Origin: an uncultured Gemmatimonadales bacterium
GTDB lineage: Bacteria > Gemmatimonadota > Gemmatimonadetes > Gemmatimonadales > Gemmatimonadaceae
Direction of reading: 5' to 3'
Assembly: GCA_963851265.1 (NCBI GenBank)
Contig: CAWKNZ010000005.1
Coordinates: 192,001 to 256,000 of the forward strand
DNA length: 64,000 nucleotides
This document shows, one piece after another, positions 46,798 to 57,332 of this stretch. The notes under the pieces are model-generated. The model was given only the letters and a program-made list of their open reading frames with translations. It was not told where the DNA came from and made no database searches. The position numbers were made by a program, and so were the translations under genes. Position 1 is the first letter of the stretch; every line of letters starts with the position of its first letter.

Positions 46798-48240
46798 TCA
46801 CCCCGCCGGCGCGACCAGGAACTGCTCGAGCAAGCCCTCGGGCGTCTCGAACGTGGTCACGACCAGCTCGCGCGACGGGAAGACGACGCGAAAGTCGCGG
46901 GCCGTCATCCCGCCACGGAGCGACTGGCTCGTCTGGATCACCGACGTCGGCGCGCCGAGCGGGCCGAGGCTGCCGGCGAGATCGCGGAGCGCCTGGGCGC
47001 TGAAGTAGGCGTTCGCGTTCGGCGTGAAGAGTGCGCGGTCGATTCTCCCCATCTGCAGCCCCTCGAACACCTCGCGCGCGCGGCGAAGGCTCGCCTGAGT
47101 GCCGGTGCCGGCGGTGGTGGCGAGGAGGAGGTGGGCGATCTGCCCGCCGATCGCGCCCGCGGCTGCCGAGGCGTCCTCGTTGGTGAGCACGACCACCGCC
47201 GCACTGTCTTCCGGCAGCACGATGTTCTCCGCGACGAAGCCGGCCACCTCGCCGCTGTGCTCCAGCACGCGGTGCCCGCGTTGGGTGCCGACGAACACCC
47301 CGAGCCCGTAATTGCTGCTCGTCCCGTCGGTGAGCAGCACCGTGCGCGTCATTTCACGATACGAGGCGGGCGCGAGCAGCGACTGGCGGATGATCGACGC
47401 GTCCCACGTCGCGAGGTCGCGTGCGCTCATGGCGAGCTCGCCGGCGGCGAAGATCCACCCGGGGCCCGTGGCGGTCGCCGGCCGGAGCGGCCCGAGTCCG
47501 TAGCGCATGTACCCGACGGGTTCGATCGAGGACGGCCCGCCGGTGTCGAAATCGACGGTCGACGTTAGGCCGAGCGGGTCGAGGATGCGCGTGCGGACGA
47601 ACCGTGCGAACGGGACGCCGCTCGCGCGCTCGACGCAGAGGCCCGCGATCACGTAGTTGGTGTTGCTGTACTGCCAGCGCGTCCCCGGGTCGAAGTCGAG
47701 CGGGCGCTTGGCCCACCGCGTCAGGATCGCCGCCGCGCTCGTCGGCCGCTCCATCTCGGGCGGGACGTAGTCCTGCGGCCAGTAATCCTGGAACCCCGAG
47801 GTGTGTGACAGCAGCTGACGGATCGTGACGTCCTTCCCTCGCGTGAGGCCGGGCGCGCACCGCTCGACCTTGTCGTCGAGCGAGAGCTTGCCCTCCTGTT
47901 GGAGGAGCAGAATCGCGGCCGCCGTGAACTGCTTGCTGATCGATCCGACGCCGTACCGCATCGCCGGCGCGGCCGGCATCCGGGGGGCGACGCGCGCGTC
48001 GCCGTACGCGTGCGCGTAGGCGAGCTGTCCGTGGCGCACGACGGCAACCGACGCACTCGGAACGCCGGTGGTGGCGAGGACGCGGGTAGCGATCGAGTCG
48101 ACGTGGGCCGCGAGCGAGTCGGCGCCCGGGGCCGCCTGCGCGCCGGCCCCTCGCGCGGTGCACAGGGCGGCGACGATCACGCCGGCGGAGCACGCCGCCG
48201 CGCGCGCGGCGTGTGGGGTGTTGAGGGGCGGGGGTCGCAT
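46798..48240 (-). CDS. Beta-lactamase-family (class C/AmpH-like) serine hydrolase, exported
   Basis: Signal peptide, SISK (SxxK), LLSHTSG, YSN, HSG. Confidence 0.9.
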   Translation of the reverse strand: MRPPPLNTPHAARAAACSAGVIVAALCTARGAGAQAAPGADSLAAHVDSIATRVLATTGVPSASVAVVRHGQLAYAHAYGDARVAPRMPAAPAMRYGVGSISKQFTAAAILLLQQEGKLSLDDKVERCAPGLTRGKDVTIRQLLSHTSGFQDYWPQDYVPPEMERPTSAAAILTRWAKRPLDFDPGTRWQYSNTNYVIAGLCVERASGVPFARFVRTRILDPLGLTSTVDFDTGGPSSIEPVGYMRYGLGPLRPATATGPGWIFAAGELAMSARDLATWDASIIRQSLLAPASYREMTRTVLLTDGTSSNYGLGVFVGTQRGHRVLEHSGEVAGFVAENIVLPEDSAAVVVLTNEDASAAAGAIGGQIAHLLLATTAGTGTQASLRRAREVFEGLQMGRIDRALFTPNANAYFSAQALRDLAGSLGPLGAPTSVIQTSQSLRGGMTARDFRVVFPSRELVVTTFETPEGLLEQFLVAPAG

Positions 48241-48438
48241 GCGGGATACGATACGCGTTCGTCACGTCGACGGCGATCCGCGCGCCGCGAGCCGATGGGG
48301 CGCGCCCCGTCGACGGCGCGATTCGCTCGCCGGACCGGTCGGCCGCCGGTCGGTCGACCACCGGTGGGCCGCCGCGCTCGCCGGGGTAGCAGGCACGCTC
48401 CGACCCCCGCGGCACATCGTTCGCCCTACGCGCGCGCG

Positions 48439-51141
48439 ATGACTGCCCCTCCGACCCGACCGCTCGCCGGGCCGCCGTTCACGGCGACCTACCGCCTCCA
48501 GCTCGGCCCGCACCTCGACTTCGACGGCGCGCGCGCGCTCGTCCCGTACGTCCAGCGCCTCGGCGCGTCGCACCTCTATCTCTCGCCCGTTCTCCACTCG
48601 CGGGCGGGCAGCACGCACGGGTACGACGTCGTCGACCCGTCGCACGCCAACCCCGCCCTCGGGGGCGACCGCGCGTTCGACCGCCTTGCCAGGGCCGCGA
48701 CGCGCGCCGGGCTGGGCGTCGTGCTCGACGTGGTGCCCAACCACATGGGCGTGGGCCCCGAGAATCCGTACTGGGACGACGTGCTCGCCCGCGGCGAGGC
48801 GTCGCCGTTCGCGCGCTGGTTCGACGTCGACTGGGACGCGCTCGGCCGCGCGCGGCGGCGCCAGATCGCGCTCCCCGTGCTCGGCGACCCGCTCGAGACC
48901 GTACTCGCGCGCGGCGAGCTCGTCGTGAAGCGCGGGCCCACGGGGCCGCGTGTGTCCTACTACGACCATTCGTTCCCGCTCAGCCCCGAGACCGCCGGCG
49001 CGTTTGCCGGGCGCGGCCCCGCCGCCGTCGACGCCGAGCTGCTCGCCCGCCAGCACTGGCGGCTCGCGCACTGGCGCGACGCGTGGCGCGAACTCAACTA
49101 CCGCCGCTTCTTCGACGTCTCTGATTTGGTAGCGTTGCGCGCCGAAGACCCGGCCGTGTTCGAGGCCACGCACGCGTGGGCGCTCGCGCGCGTGGAGGCG
49201 GGGCAGGTGCACGCGCTCCGCATCGACCACGTGGACGGGCTCCGCGACCCGCTCGGTTACCTGCAGCGCCTGCGCGCGGCGCTCGACGCGCGGCGCCCCG
49301 ACGCGCACGTGCCCGTGCTCGTCGAGAAGATCCTGGTCGGCGACGAGCGGCTGCGCCCCGAGTGGCCCGTCGACGGCACCACCGGCTACGAGGCGCTCGA
49401 CGCGCTGGAGCGCGTGTTCGTCGACGCGGACGGCGCGGCCGCGCTGGAGCGGGCGTACCAGCGGGTGTCGGGCCGCGGTGCCGGGGGCGAGTTCTCGGAA
49501 ATCGCGGTACGCGGCAAGGAGGAGGTGCTGCGCCTGAGCTTCCGCCCGGAGGTGCGGCGCGTCGTGCGCGCGCTCCTCACGGCCGCGCCGCGCGGCGCGG
49601 GCGAGGGGCGGCGTCTGGCCGAGGCGGTGCTGCGCCTCGCCGCCGCGCTCCCCGTGTACCGCACGTACATCGCGGCCGAGCGCGGAGACGGCGCGCTGCC
49701 GGGGCCGCTCGTCACCGAGCCGGCCGACCGCGTCTCGCTCGACTGGGCGACCGCGCGGGCCATCGCGCGGGCTCCGCAGCTGGCCGGCGACATCGGGTAC
49801 GTCGCCGCCGTGCTCGCGGGGGACCTGCCAGCGCCGGGCGCCCCGGCGGTGGCGCGCGTACGGCGCGCAGCCGAGGAGGCCGCGCTGCGGTTCCAGCAGA
49901 CCAGCGGTCCCGCGACGGCGAAGGGGGTCGAGGACACGGCGCTCTACCGTTGGGCGCCGGTCGCGTCGCTGTGTGAGGTCGGGGGCGAGCCCGACGCGCC
50001 GCTGCGGCACGCGACGAGTGCGTGGCACGCCGCGAACGTCGAGCGCCGCGCGGCGACGCCGCTCGCCCTCGTCCCCGTCACCACGCACGACACCAAGCGC
50101 GGTGCCGACGTGCGCGCACGCCTCGACGCGCTGAGCGAGATCGCGCCCGAGTGGGTCGCGCTCGTGTCGAGCTGGCGTCGGCGGCACGCGCCCCTCCGGC
50201 GCTACGCCGAGGTGAGCGGGCGCACGCGCGCGGTGGACGGCGCGATGGAGTGGCTCGTCTACCAGACGCTCGTCGGCGTGTGGCCGGCCGACGGCGGCGC
50301 GTCGGCGCAATCCCCGACGCTCGCCGGGCGCGTGCGCGACTACCTGCAGAAGGCCGCGCGCGAGGCCAAGCTGCGGACGAACTGGACCGACCCCGACGCG
50401 GCGTACGAAGGCGCGCTGTTCGCGTTCGCCGACGCGCTCGTCATGGGCGAGGCGGGAGCGGAGTTTCGCCGTGAGCTCGCCGGCGTGGTCCGCCGCGTCG
50501 CGGCCGCGGGCGCGTGGACCGCGCTGGCGCGCACGCTGCTGCAGGCGGCCGCACCGGGCACGCCCGACGTGTACCAGGGCGACGAGTTGTGGAACCTCGT
50601 GCTCGTCGACCCCGACAACCGGCGTGCGGTCGACTGGCGGCTGCGTGCGGCGCTCCTGACCGACGCCGAGCGCGACGACGATCCGACGGCGTGGTGGGGC
50701 GCGGCGCTCGGCACGGCAGCGCGCGGCGTCGGCGCGCCGAAGCTGCGCCTACTCCACCGCCTGCTCGCGGCGCGGCGGGCCAACCCCGCATTGTTCGGCG
50801 CGGGCGAATACGCGGCCGTCGTCGCGGAGGGGCCCAACGCCGAGCAGGTGGTGGCGCTGCTCCGCACGCACGGCGACGCCGTCGCGCTGGCGGTCGCGCC
50901 GCGGCTCGTTCTGACGCTGCGCCCCGACGGGGGCCCGCCGACCGGCGAGGCGGTGTGGACTGCGACGTCGCTCGCGCTCCCCACCCACCTCGCGGGGCGC
51001 GCGCTGCGGGACGTGGTCACCGGGCGCGTGCACGCCATCGACGCGCGGCCCGCGCCGCGGCTGCGTGTGGCGGATCTTCTGCGCGACGCGCCGGTGGCCC
51101 TTCTGGTGGCCGAGCCCGCCGTGGAACCGATCGCGCGCTGA
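48439..51141 (+). CDS. treY: Malto-oligosyltrehalose synthase
   Basis: ATG at 48439; ATYRLQ, GSTHGYDVVD, DVVPNHM, NYRRFFD, LRIDHVDGL, VEKIL, AKGVEDT, THDTKR, LVDPDNRR. Confidence 0.95.
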   Translation: MTAPPTRPLAGPPFTATYRLQLGPHLDFDGARALVPYVQRLGASHLYLSPVLHSRAGSTHGYDVVDPSHANPALGGDRAFDRLARAATRAGLGVVLDVVPNHMGVGPENPYWDDVLARGEASPFARWFDVDWDALGRARRRQIALPVLGDPLETVLARGELVVKRGPTGPRVSYYDHSFPLSPETAGAFAGRGPAAVDAELLARQHWRLAHWRDAWRELNYRRFFDVSDLVALRAEDPAVFEATHAWALARVEAGQVHALRIDHVDGLRDPLGYLQRLRAALDARRPDAHVPVLVEKILVGDERLRPEWPVDGTTGYEALDALERVFVDADGAAALERAYQRVSGRGAGGEFSEIAVRGKEEVLRLSFRPEVRRVVRALLTAAPRGAGEGRRLAEAVLRLAAALPVYRTYIAAERGDGALPGPLVTEPADRVSLDWATARAIARAPQLAGDIGYVAAVLAGDLPAPGAPAVARVRRAAEEAALRFQQTSGPATAKGVEDTALYRWAPVASLCEVGGEPDAPLRHATSAWHAANVERRAATPLALVPVTTHDTKRGADVRARLDALSEIAPEWVALVSSWRRRHAPLRRYAEVSGRTRAVDGAMEWLVYQTLVGVWPADGGASAQSPTLAGRVRDYLQKAAREAKLRTNWTDPDAAYEGALFAFADALVMGEAGAEFRRELAGVVRRVAAAGAWTALARTLLQAAAPGTPDVYQGDELWNLVLVDPDNRRAVDWRLRAALLTDAERDDDPTAWWGAALGTAARGVGAPKLRLLHRLLAARRANPALFGAGEYAAVVAEGPNAEQVVALLRTHGDAVALAVAPRLVLTLRPDGGPPTGEAVWTATSLALPTHLAGRALRDVVTGRVHAIDARPAPRLRVADLLRDAPVALLVAEPAVEPIAR

Positions 51142-51294
51142 GCGGAACGCCGGCGCGGGGTGCCGCCGGACGGGGGTGTGTCGTCCTTCGACGTACCAGG
51201 CTCGCTAACTTGGGCGGGCCTGGACGTGTCGTGCGTCCTCGCCCGTGCGCCAGGCGCGCGCCTTCCTTCCCCGTCTTCCCGCCCAGAGGTCATC

Positions 51295-53052
51295 ATGGCC
51301 ACGGCGCCACTCACCGTCGCCTATTTCTCGATGGAGGTCTGCCTCGAGCAGGCGCTCCCCACCTACAGCGGCGGGCTCGGCGTGCTCGCCGGCGATACGC
51401 TGCGTTCCGCGGCCGACCTGGCCTTGCCCATGGTCGCCGTCACGCTCGCGCACCGGTGTGGCTACTTCACGCAACACCTCGGCCCCGACGGCCGGCAGAG
51501 CGAGACGTCGGCCGAGTGGGACCCGTCGGAGCGGCTGGCGCGGGTACCGCATTCGGTCACCGTCGAGATCGAGGGCCGGCCGGTGGTGGTCAACGCGTGG
51601 CGCTACGACGTGCGCGGCGTGGGCGGCCACGTCGTGCCGGTGTACCTGCTCGACACGCGCGACGATGCGAACGCCGCGTACGACCGCACGCTCACCGACA
51701 CGCTCTACGGCGGCGACCTGCGCTACCGCCTGTGCCAGGAGGTCGTCCTCGGTGAGGGCGGCGCGGCGCTGCTCGACGCGTTAGGCGTGGGCGCCGACGC
51801 GGGCACCCAGTACCACATCAACGAGGGGCACGCGGCGCTCCTCACGCTGCACCTGCTGGAGCGCCAGCTCAACGGGCGCGGCGCGGCGGAGGCCTCGGTG
51901 GCCGACGTCGAGGCGGTCGCGCGGCGCACCATCTTCACGACGCACACGCCGGTGCCCGCGGGCCACGACAAGTTCCCGGGCGACCTCGCGCGCGGCGTGC
52001 TCGGCGCCAAGGCGAAGCTGATGGACGCGCTCTCGCTGTGGGACCACGGGCAGCTGAACATGACGCGCCTGGCGCTGCGCTGCTCGCGCTACGTCAACGG
52101 CGTGGCGATGCGGCACCAGCAGGTCTCGCAGGAGATGTTCCCGGAGTACCGCATCGAGTCGGTGACCAACGGCGTGCACGCGACCACGTGGGCGGCCGAG
52201 CCGTTCCGGCAGCTGTTCGACAAGCACATCCCCGAGTGGCGGCAGGACAACCTGTACCTGCGGTACGCCGTCGCGCTCCCGACCGAGGAGCTGCGCGAGG
52301 CGCACCGCGCCGCGAAGCAGGCCATGCTCGACGAGGTTCAGCGCCGCACGGGGCAGTCGCTCGATCCGAAGGCCTTCACCATCGGGTTCGCGCGCCGCTC
52401 GGCGACGTACAAGCGCGCGGACCTCGTGTTCTCGGACCTCGACCGGCTGCGGCGGATCGCGCGCGAGACCGGGCCGCTGCAGTTCGTGTTCGCCGGCAAG
52501 GCGCACCCGCGCGACGAGTACGGCAAGGCGCTCATCCGCAACGTGTACGAGGCCGCGCGGCAGCTGGGCGACGCGCTGCGCGTGGTCTACGTCGAGAACT
52601 ACGAGATGACGTTAGGCCACCTGCTCACGTCGGGCGTGGACCTGTGGCTCAACAACCCGCTCCGCCCGCTCGAGGCGAGCGGCACGAGCGGGATGAAGGC
52701 CGCGCTCAACGGCGTGCCGTCGCTGTCCGTGCTCGACGGCTGGTGGGTGGAAGGGTGCGTGGAGGGCGCGACGGGCTGGGCCATCGGCCGCGACGACAAG
52801 GCGCTCGCGGACCCGACCACGGACGTCACGACCGCCTACGCGCGCTCCGACGCCGCGTCGCTCTACGACAAGCTCGAGCAGACCATCGTCCCGCTCTACT
52901 ACGGCATGCCCTATAAGTGGGCCGACGTGATGCGGTCGGCGATCGCGGTGAACGGGTCGTATTTCAACACGCAGCGCATGGTGTGGCAGTACCTGCACAA
53001 CGCCTACCTGCCGGGCGCGGAGCTGGCCGCGCTGCAGCCCGCGACCGCGTGA
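51295..53052 (+). CDS. glgP: Alpha-glucan phosphorylase (short form)
   Basis: ATG at 51295; AYFSME, YSGGLGVLAGD, NEGH, FTTHTPVPAGHD, GFARR.ATYKR, EASGTSGMKA (PLP Lys). Confidence 0.94.
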   Translation: MATAPLTVAYFSMEVCLEQALPTYSGGLGVLAGDTLRSAADLALPMVAVTLAHRCGYFTQHLGPDGRQSETSAEWDPSERLARVPHSVTVEIEGRPVVVNAWRYDVRGVGGHVVPVYLLDTRDDANAAYDRTLTDTLYGGDLRYRLCQEVVLGEGGAALLDALGVGADAGTQYHINEGHAALLTLHLLERQLNGRGAAEASVADVEAVARRTIFTTHTPVPAGHDKFPGDLARGVLGAKAKLMDALSLWDHGQLNMTRLALRCSRYVNGVAMRHQQVSQEMFPEYRIESVTNGVHATTWAAEPFRQLFDKHIPEWRQDNLYLRYAVALPTEELREAHRAAKQAMLDEVQRRTGQSLDPKAFTIGFARRSATYKRADLVFSDLDRLRRIARETGPLQFVFAGKAHPRDEYGKALIRNVYEAARQLGDALRVVYVENYEMTLGHLLTSGVDLWLNNPLRPLEASGTSGMKAALNGVPSLSVLDGWWVEGCVEGATGWAIGRDDKALADPTTDVTTAYARSDAASLYDKLEQTIVPLYYGMPYKWADVMRSAIAVNGSYFNTQRMVWQYLHNAYLPGAELAALQPATA

Positions 53053-55076
53053 CCGACGCCGGGGATGGCCCGACGGCGGTGGTCCCGCCGTCGGCCGCCC
53101 CGGCGGCCGCCCCGCCGGGTGAGCCGCTCGGCCGCGTCGTCGCGACGGAGCGGAAGCCGAACACCGCGTTCGAGTTCCACTTCTGGACCGCGCTCGACGC
53201 GCCGGTGGGGATCGGGACCATCGTGCGCGTCGACGCGGGGGTGGCCGTGGGCGGCGTACGGCCCACGATCTACGGGGTGGTGACAGAGGGGTTCGCGTAC
53301 ACCGACCTCCAGAGCCCCCTGCACGACGTGATGGGGCACGACGGCTCGCCGGCGGCGGCGGGCTTCGCGACCACGGCGCGCACCGAGGTGCGGCTCTACA
53401 CCGCCGCGGTGCTGCGCCAGGTGCCCGAGGAGCCGCTGCAGCCGGTGCCGATGGGCGAGGTGTACCTCGCCGGCGACGCCGACGTGGCGGCGGCACTGCG
53501 CATGGACGCGTACCTGGCCGAGGGGTCGCGGACGGCCATTCCGGTCGGGCTGTACCGGTCGGGCGGCACCGAGAGCCCGGTCTACCTCGACGCCGACTTT
53601 CTCCTGGGTCCCGAGGCGGCGCACCTCAACATCACGGGCGTCTCGGGGCTCGCGACCAAGACGAGCGCGGTCGAGTGGCTCATGTCGTCCATCTTCGCGC
53701 ACTTCCCGGCGCAGAAGGGCGCGGTCGCGGCCGTGTGCTTCAACGTGAAGGGGCCCGACCTGCTGTTCCTCGACCAGCCCGCGTCGAAGCTCGACGACAA
53801 CGACCGGGCGATGTACGAGAAGCTGGGCGTCCCGGCCGAGCCGTTCGGCAAGGTGCGCTACTACGCGCCGTACACGGCCAAGGGGTACGCGCTCGCCACG
53901 CTCCGCTCGCACGAAGCGCTGCAGCACAACGTGCGGCCGCTGACGTGGGGGCTCAAGGAGGTCTTCCAGTTCGCGCAGGTCCTGCTCAACAAGGACGACA
54001 TCGACGCGAAGGCCGACGCGCTCATCGACTTCGTCGAGGAGCGCGTGATCGAGCGCGAGTTCACCGACCCGCTGCTGCGCAAGCCGTACCGCGTGACCAC
54101 GTTCGCCGGGCTGGAGGAGTGGTTCCGCGACCTCCTCGTCGCGATCGAAGGGAAGGGCGGCGGCGACACGTGGCGCACCCACCACGTGGCGACCATCCGC
54201 AAGGTGCGCAACCGTCTCGTGAACATCGCGCTCCGCTGCCAGGGGCTCGTCACCGACGGCGGCGAGGCGAGCGACCTGCCGTTCGGGAGCTTCGAGGACC
54301 GCGCGGTGTACGTGGTGGACGTTGCGGGGCTCGAGGAAGACGCGCAGGACCTGATCTTCGCCCGCGTGGTCAGCAAGCTGCGCGAGCACCTCGAACGCCG
54401 CGACCTCGGCGTTCAACACGTCGTCGTCTTCGTCGACGAGTTGAACAAGTACGCCCCGGGCGACGGGCCCGACACGTACGTCCGCAAGATGCTCCTCGAC
54501 ATCGCGGAGCGCGGGCGGTACCTGGGGCTCGTGCTCTTCTCGGCGCAGCAGTTCCGCAGTCAGGTGCACCGGCGCGTGGTGGGGAACTCGGCCACCGCAC
54601 TGTACGGGCGCATGGACGGCGACGAGCTGGCGACGCCGGGCTACGCGGTGCTTTCGCCCGCGGTGAAGACCAAGCTCGCCACGCTCGACAAGGGACAGTT
54701 GATGGTCCGTCACCCGCACTTCACGCAGCCCGTGTTCGTCCGCTTCCCGCGGCCCGCCGTCATGACGGGACGCGAGGGCGTGGAGCGGTACCCGCAGATG
54801 GCGGAAGTCGCGCTGGACGCCGCGGTGACGCGCGCGCTGCGCACGCTCGACCCGAGCATCGCGCTGGCGTGGGTGCAGGAGGTGACCGCGCTCGCCGACG
54901 AGCGCGACGTGCTCGCGGCACGCGACCGCACGCTGGTGGCGCGCCCGGACGACGTGCGGGCCTACTTCCGCGCGCAGCTGCGCCCGGTGGTCGTGGCGCG
55001 GCAGGCGAGCATGCCGGCGGCGTCGCCGGTGCCGGCGGTGCGCGCCATCTCGAACGACGACCCGTACGGGTTCTGA
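53049..55076 (+). CDS. herA: HerA-family ATPase/DNA translocase (HAS-barrel-like N-domain)
   Basis: GTG overlapping the glgP stop; HLNITGVSGLATKTS variant Walker A, FNVKGPDL, VFVDELNKYAP Walker B, IAERGRYLGLVLFSAQQ Arg finger. Confidence 0.8.
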   Translation: MTDAGDGPTAVVPPSAAPAAAPPGEPLGRVVATERKPNTAFEFHFWTALDAPVGIGTIVRVDAGVAVGGVRPTIYGVVTEGFAYTDLQSPLHDVMGHDGSPAAAGFATTARTEVRLYTAAVLRQVPEEPLQPVPMGEVYLAGDADVAAALRMDAYLAEGSRTAIPVGLYRSGGTESPVYLDADFLLGPEAAHLNITGVSGLATKTSAVEWLMSSIFAHFPAQKGAVAAVCFNVKGPDLLFLDQPASKLDDNDRAMYEKLGVPAEPFGKVRYYAPYTAKGYALATLRSHEALQHNVRPLTWGLKEVFQFAQVLLNKDDIDAKADALIDFVEERVIEREFTDPLLRKPYRVTTFAGLEEWFRDLLVAIEGKGGGDTWRTHHVATIRKVRNRLVNIALRCQGLVTDGGEASDLPFGSFEDRAVYVVDVAGLEEDAQDLIFARVVSKLREHLERRDLGVQHVVVFVDELNKYAPGDGPDTYVRKMLLDIAERGRYLGLVLFSAQQFRSQVHRRVVGNSATALYGRMDGDELATPGYAVLSPAVKTKLATLDKGQLMVRHPHFTQPVFVRFPRPAVMTGREGVERYPQMAEVALDAAVTRALRTLDPSIALAWVQEVTALADERDVLAARDRTLVARPDDVRAYFRAQLRPVVVARQASMPAASPVPAVRAISNDDPYGF

Positions 55077-55083
55077 CCGCGCG

Positions 55084-56013
55084 GTGCGGAGGCGTTGGGT
55101 CGGAACGGTCGCGGCGGGCATCGCGTTAGGCACGACGTTCGCCACGTCGTCGCGCGCGGCCCGCGGCCAGCCGGGGGTGGCTGCTCTCGCGGCGCCGCGG
55201 CCGGCCCCGGTGGCCGCTCCGCGTTCGTCGCGGCCGCGCGGGGTCGCGCTCCGGCTGCGCCCCCGCGTGGGCGACACGGTGCGGACGCGATTCGAGCAGA
55301 CGGTCCGCCTGATGCCGCGCGGCACGGCCGGCTCGGCCGACGTGGTCCCGGCGAGCGCCATGCTCGTGATCGCGCGCTCGATCGTCGAGCGCGTCGACGA
55401 CGCCGGCGCATTTCTGCTGGCGGTCACGGACTCGGTCGCGTTTCGCGCCCCCGGCGCGCCGGCGGCCGCGGTCGAGCGCATGCGGCGCGGGATGCAGGGG
55501 CGCCGCGCCGAGATGCACGTCGCGCCGGACGGCGCACTCGCGGCGAGCGACGGCGTGGCGGGCGGACTGCCCGCGGGGCTGGCAGGCGGGGCCGTCGGCG
55601 TGGTCGCCTCGCTCCGCCTGCCCGGCACGCTCCCGGCGACGGTCGTCGCGCCCGGCGCGCGCTGGCGGCGCGCGATGGCCGTGCCGGCCTGGGGCCCCGC
55701 CGCGGCCCCGCCGCACCTCGACGTCGCCTTCCGGTTCGACTCGATGACCGCCGACGAGTCGCGCGCCTACATCTCACTTCGCGGCCGCGTGCACGGCGCC
55801 GCGACGCCCGAGTCGGACGACGACCTGCTTCCGGGCACGATGGGCGCCGCCGAGCCCGGGCGCGTCGAGGGCGCGCTCGTCGTCGACCTCGCGCGCGGCT
55901 GGGTGGTCGAGTCGTGGGCGACGTTCCGGCTCAACGCCGTCCTGGTGAGCGCGCCCGGCGCGGCGCCCGCGCCGGTGTGGGTGGTCGTCACGCAGCGTCT
56001 CAGGGCCTACTGA
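55084..56013 (+). CDS. Hypothetical exported protein
   Basis: Basic plus hydrophobic N-terminus, GC3-rich codons, beta-rich body; no family recognised. Confidence 0.7.
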   Translation: MRRRWVGTVAAGIALGTTFATSSRAARGQPGVAALAAPRPAPVAAPRSSRPRGVALRLRPRVGDTVRTRFEQTVRLMPRGTAGSADVVPASAMLVIARSIVERVDDAGAFLLAVTDSVAFRAPGAPAAAVERMRRGMQGRRAEMHVAPDGALAASDGVAGGLPAGLAGGAVGVVASLRLPGTLPATVVAPGARWRRAMAVPAWGPAAAPPHLDVAFRFDSMTADESRAYISLRGRVHGAATPESDDDLLPGTMGAAEPGRVEGALVVDLARGWVVESWATFRLNAVLVSAPGAAPAPVWVVVTQRLRAY

Positions 56014-56054
56014 GGGTCTACCGCTAAGGGCCTACCGCGTGCGCGGGGCTGCGG

Positions 56055-57224
56055 TCACGCCCGCACCTCGCGCGAGTGCGCCAGGTCGTCCTCGAACATC
56101 GCCGCCATGCGCGCGCCGAGGTCGGCGTCGTCGATCACGGCGTCGAGCTCGAAGTTGATCGCCACGCCTAACGGATTGAAGTCGGTCGACCCGATCCGCG
56201 CGTAGCGCGCGTCCGACACGGTGGTCTTGGCGTGCATCATCTCGCCCTGCCACTCCCAGATGCGCACGCCGTCGCGCAGGAGCCGCGGGTAGTAGCGGCG
56301 CGTGATGGGCAGCACCCACCCGTGGTCGCCGCGCCCCGGGGTGAGCAGCCGCACGTCCACCCCGTCGCGCGCGGCGCCCGTGAGCGCCTCGATCAGCGAC
56401 GGCGACGGCGTGAAGTACGCGTCCGCGATCCAGATCGTGTGCTCGGCTTCGACGGCCACCGTCTCGAGTGCGCGCGTGATCCGGTAGCGCCCCGGCTCGC
56501 CCTGGACGATGCCGATCACGCCGACGGTGTCCCGCTCGGCCGGCGCCCCCGGCGCGTCGCCCGGCGCGACGGTCGGCCGCGACGCCTCGGGGTGCTGCCG
56601 CTTGTACCGCGGCGTGAGCGCCCACATCCGATCGAACGCCTCGGCCATCACCGCCGCGGCCGGCCCGTCGATCTGCACGGCCGTATCGCGCCACGGCCCG
56701 CTACCGGGGCGCCCCGGGTGCTCGCCCACCGCCCACTCGTGCCCGAGGCCCACGCCGCCGGTCACGCCCGACCGCCCATCGACCACGAGCAGCTTGCGGT
56801 GGTCACGCGGCACCACCCCGAACCAGGTCGTGCCCAGTCGGGGCGGGTTGAAGTCGTGCACCTCGACGCCCCCCTCGCGCAACTTGCGGACGAACGTCTT
56901 CGAAATCCCGCGCGAACCTGCCCAATCGTAGAGCACCCGCACCCGCACGCCGCGGCCGGCCGCCTCCATCAGCGCGGGGGCGAACCGCGAGCCGACCGCG
57001 TCGCTGCGGACGATGTAGCTCTCGAGCATCACCTGTTCGCGCGCGCCCGCGATCAGGTCGAGCATCGCGTCGAACGTCGCCGGGCCGTTGCGGAGCAGGG
57101 TCGACACGTTGCCGCCCGAGACGTGCGCGGAGGCGATGCGCCACATGCGGTGGGCGAAGGTGTTCGCGCCGCCCGACGCCGGAGAGGTGCCGGGTCCGTC
57201 GGTCATTCCAGGTGCTTCGGTCAT
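56055..57224 (-). CDS. cls: Cardiolipin synthase-like phospholipase D (ClsB type, no N-terminal TM)
   Basis: Two HKD motifs: DHRKLLVVD and MHAKTTVSD; WRDT, YFTP. Confidence 0.88.
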   Translation of the reverse strand: MTEAPGMTDGPGTSPASGGANTFAHRMWRIASAHVSGGNVSTLLRNGPATFDAMLDLIAGAREQVMLESYIVRSDAVGSRFAPALMEAAGRGVRVRVLYDWAGSRGISKTFVRKLREGGVEVHDFNPPRLGTTWFGVVPRDHRKLLVVDGRSGVTGGVGLGHEWAVGEHPGRPGSGPWRDTAVQIDGPAAAVMAEAFDRMWALTPRYKRQHPEASRPTVAPGDAPGAPAERDTVGVIGIVQGEPGRYRITRALETVAVEAEHTIWIADAYFTPSPSLIEALTGAARDGVDVRLLTPGRGDHGWVLPITRRYYPRLLRDGVRIWEWQGEMMHAKTTVSDARYARIGSTDFNPLGVAINFELDAVIDDADLGARMAAMFEDDLAHSREVRA

Positions 57225-57332
57225 CAATCGCCCTCCGGCGGTGCTGGCCTTGCGTGAGGTCCGGGTCGCGCCGCGTGGCGGCGCGGGCGGCGACATTCGG
57301 CGCCGCCGGCCTCAACCTTTCGCACGTCCTCT

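Noticed and set aside
46798..48240. Antibiotic-resistance beta-lactamase on a mobile element
   Set aside because: Generic SxxK serine hydrolase with host-like codon use, carries the host octamer, and has no mobile-element features.
55084..56013. Gene after herA as a NurA nuclease or defence partner (Sir2/DUF4297-HerA type)
   Set aside because: It has a signal-peptide-like N-terminus and no recognisable nuclease or Sir2 motifs; the context is housekeeping, not a defence island.
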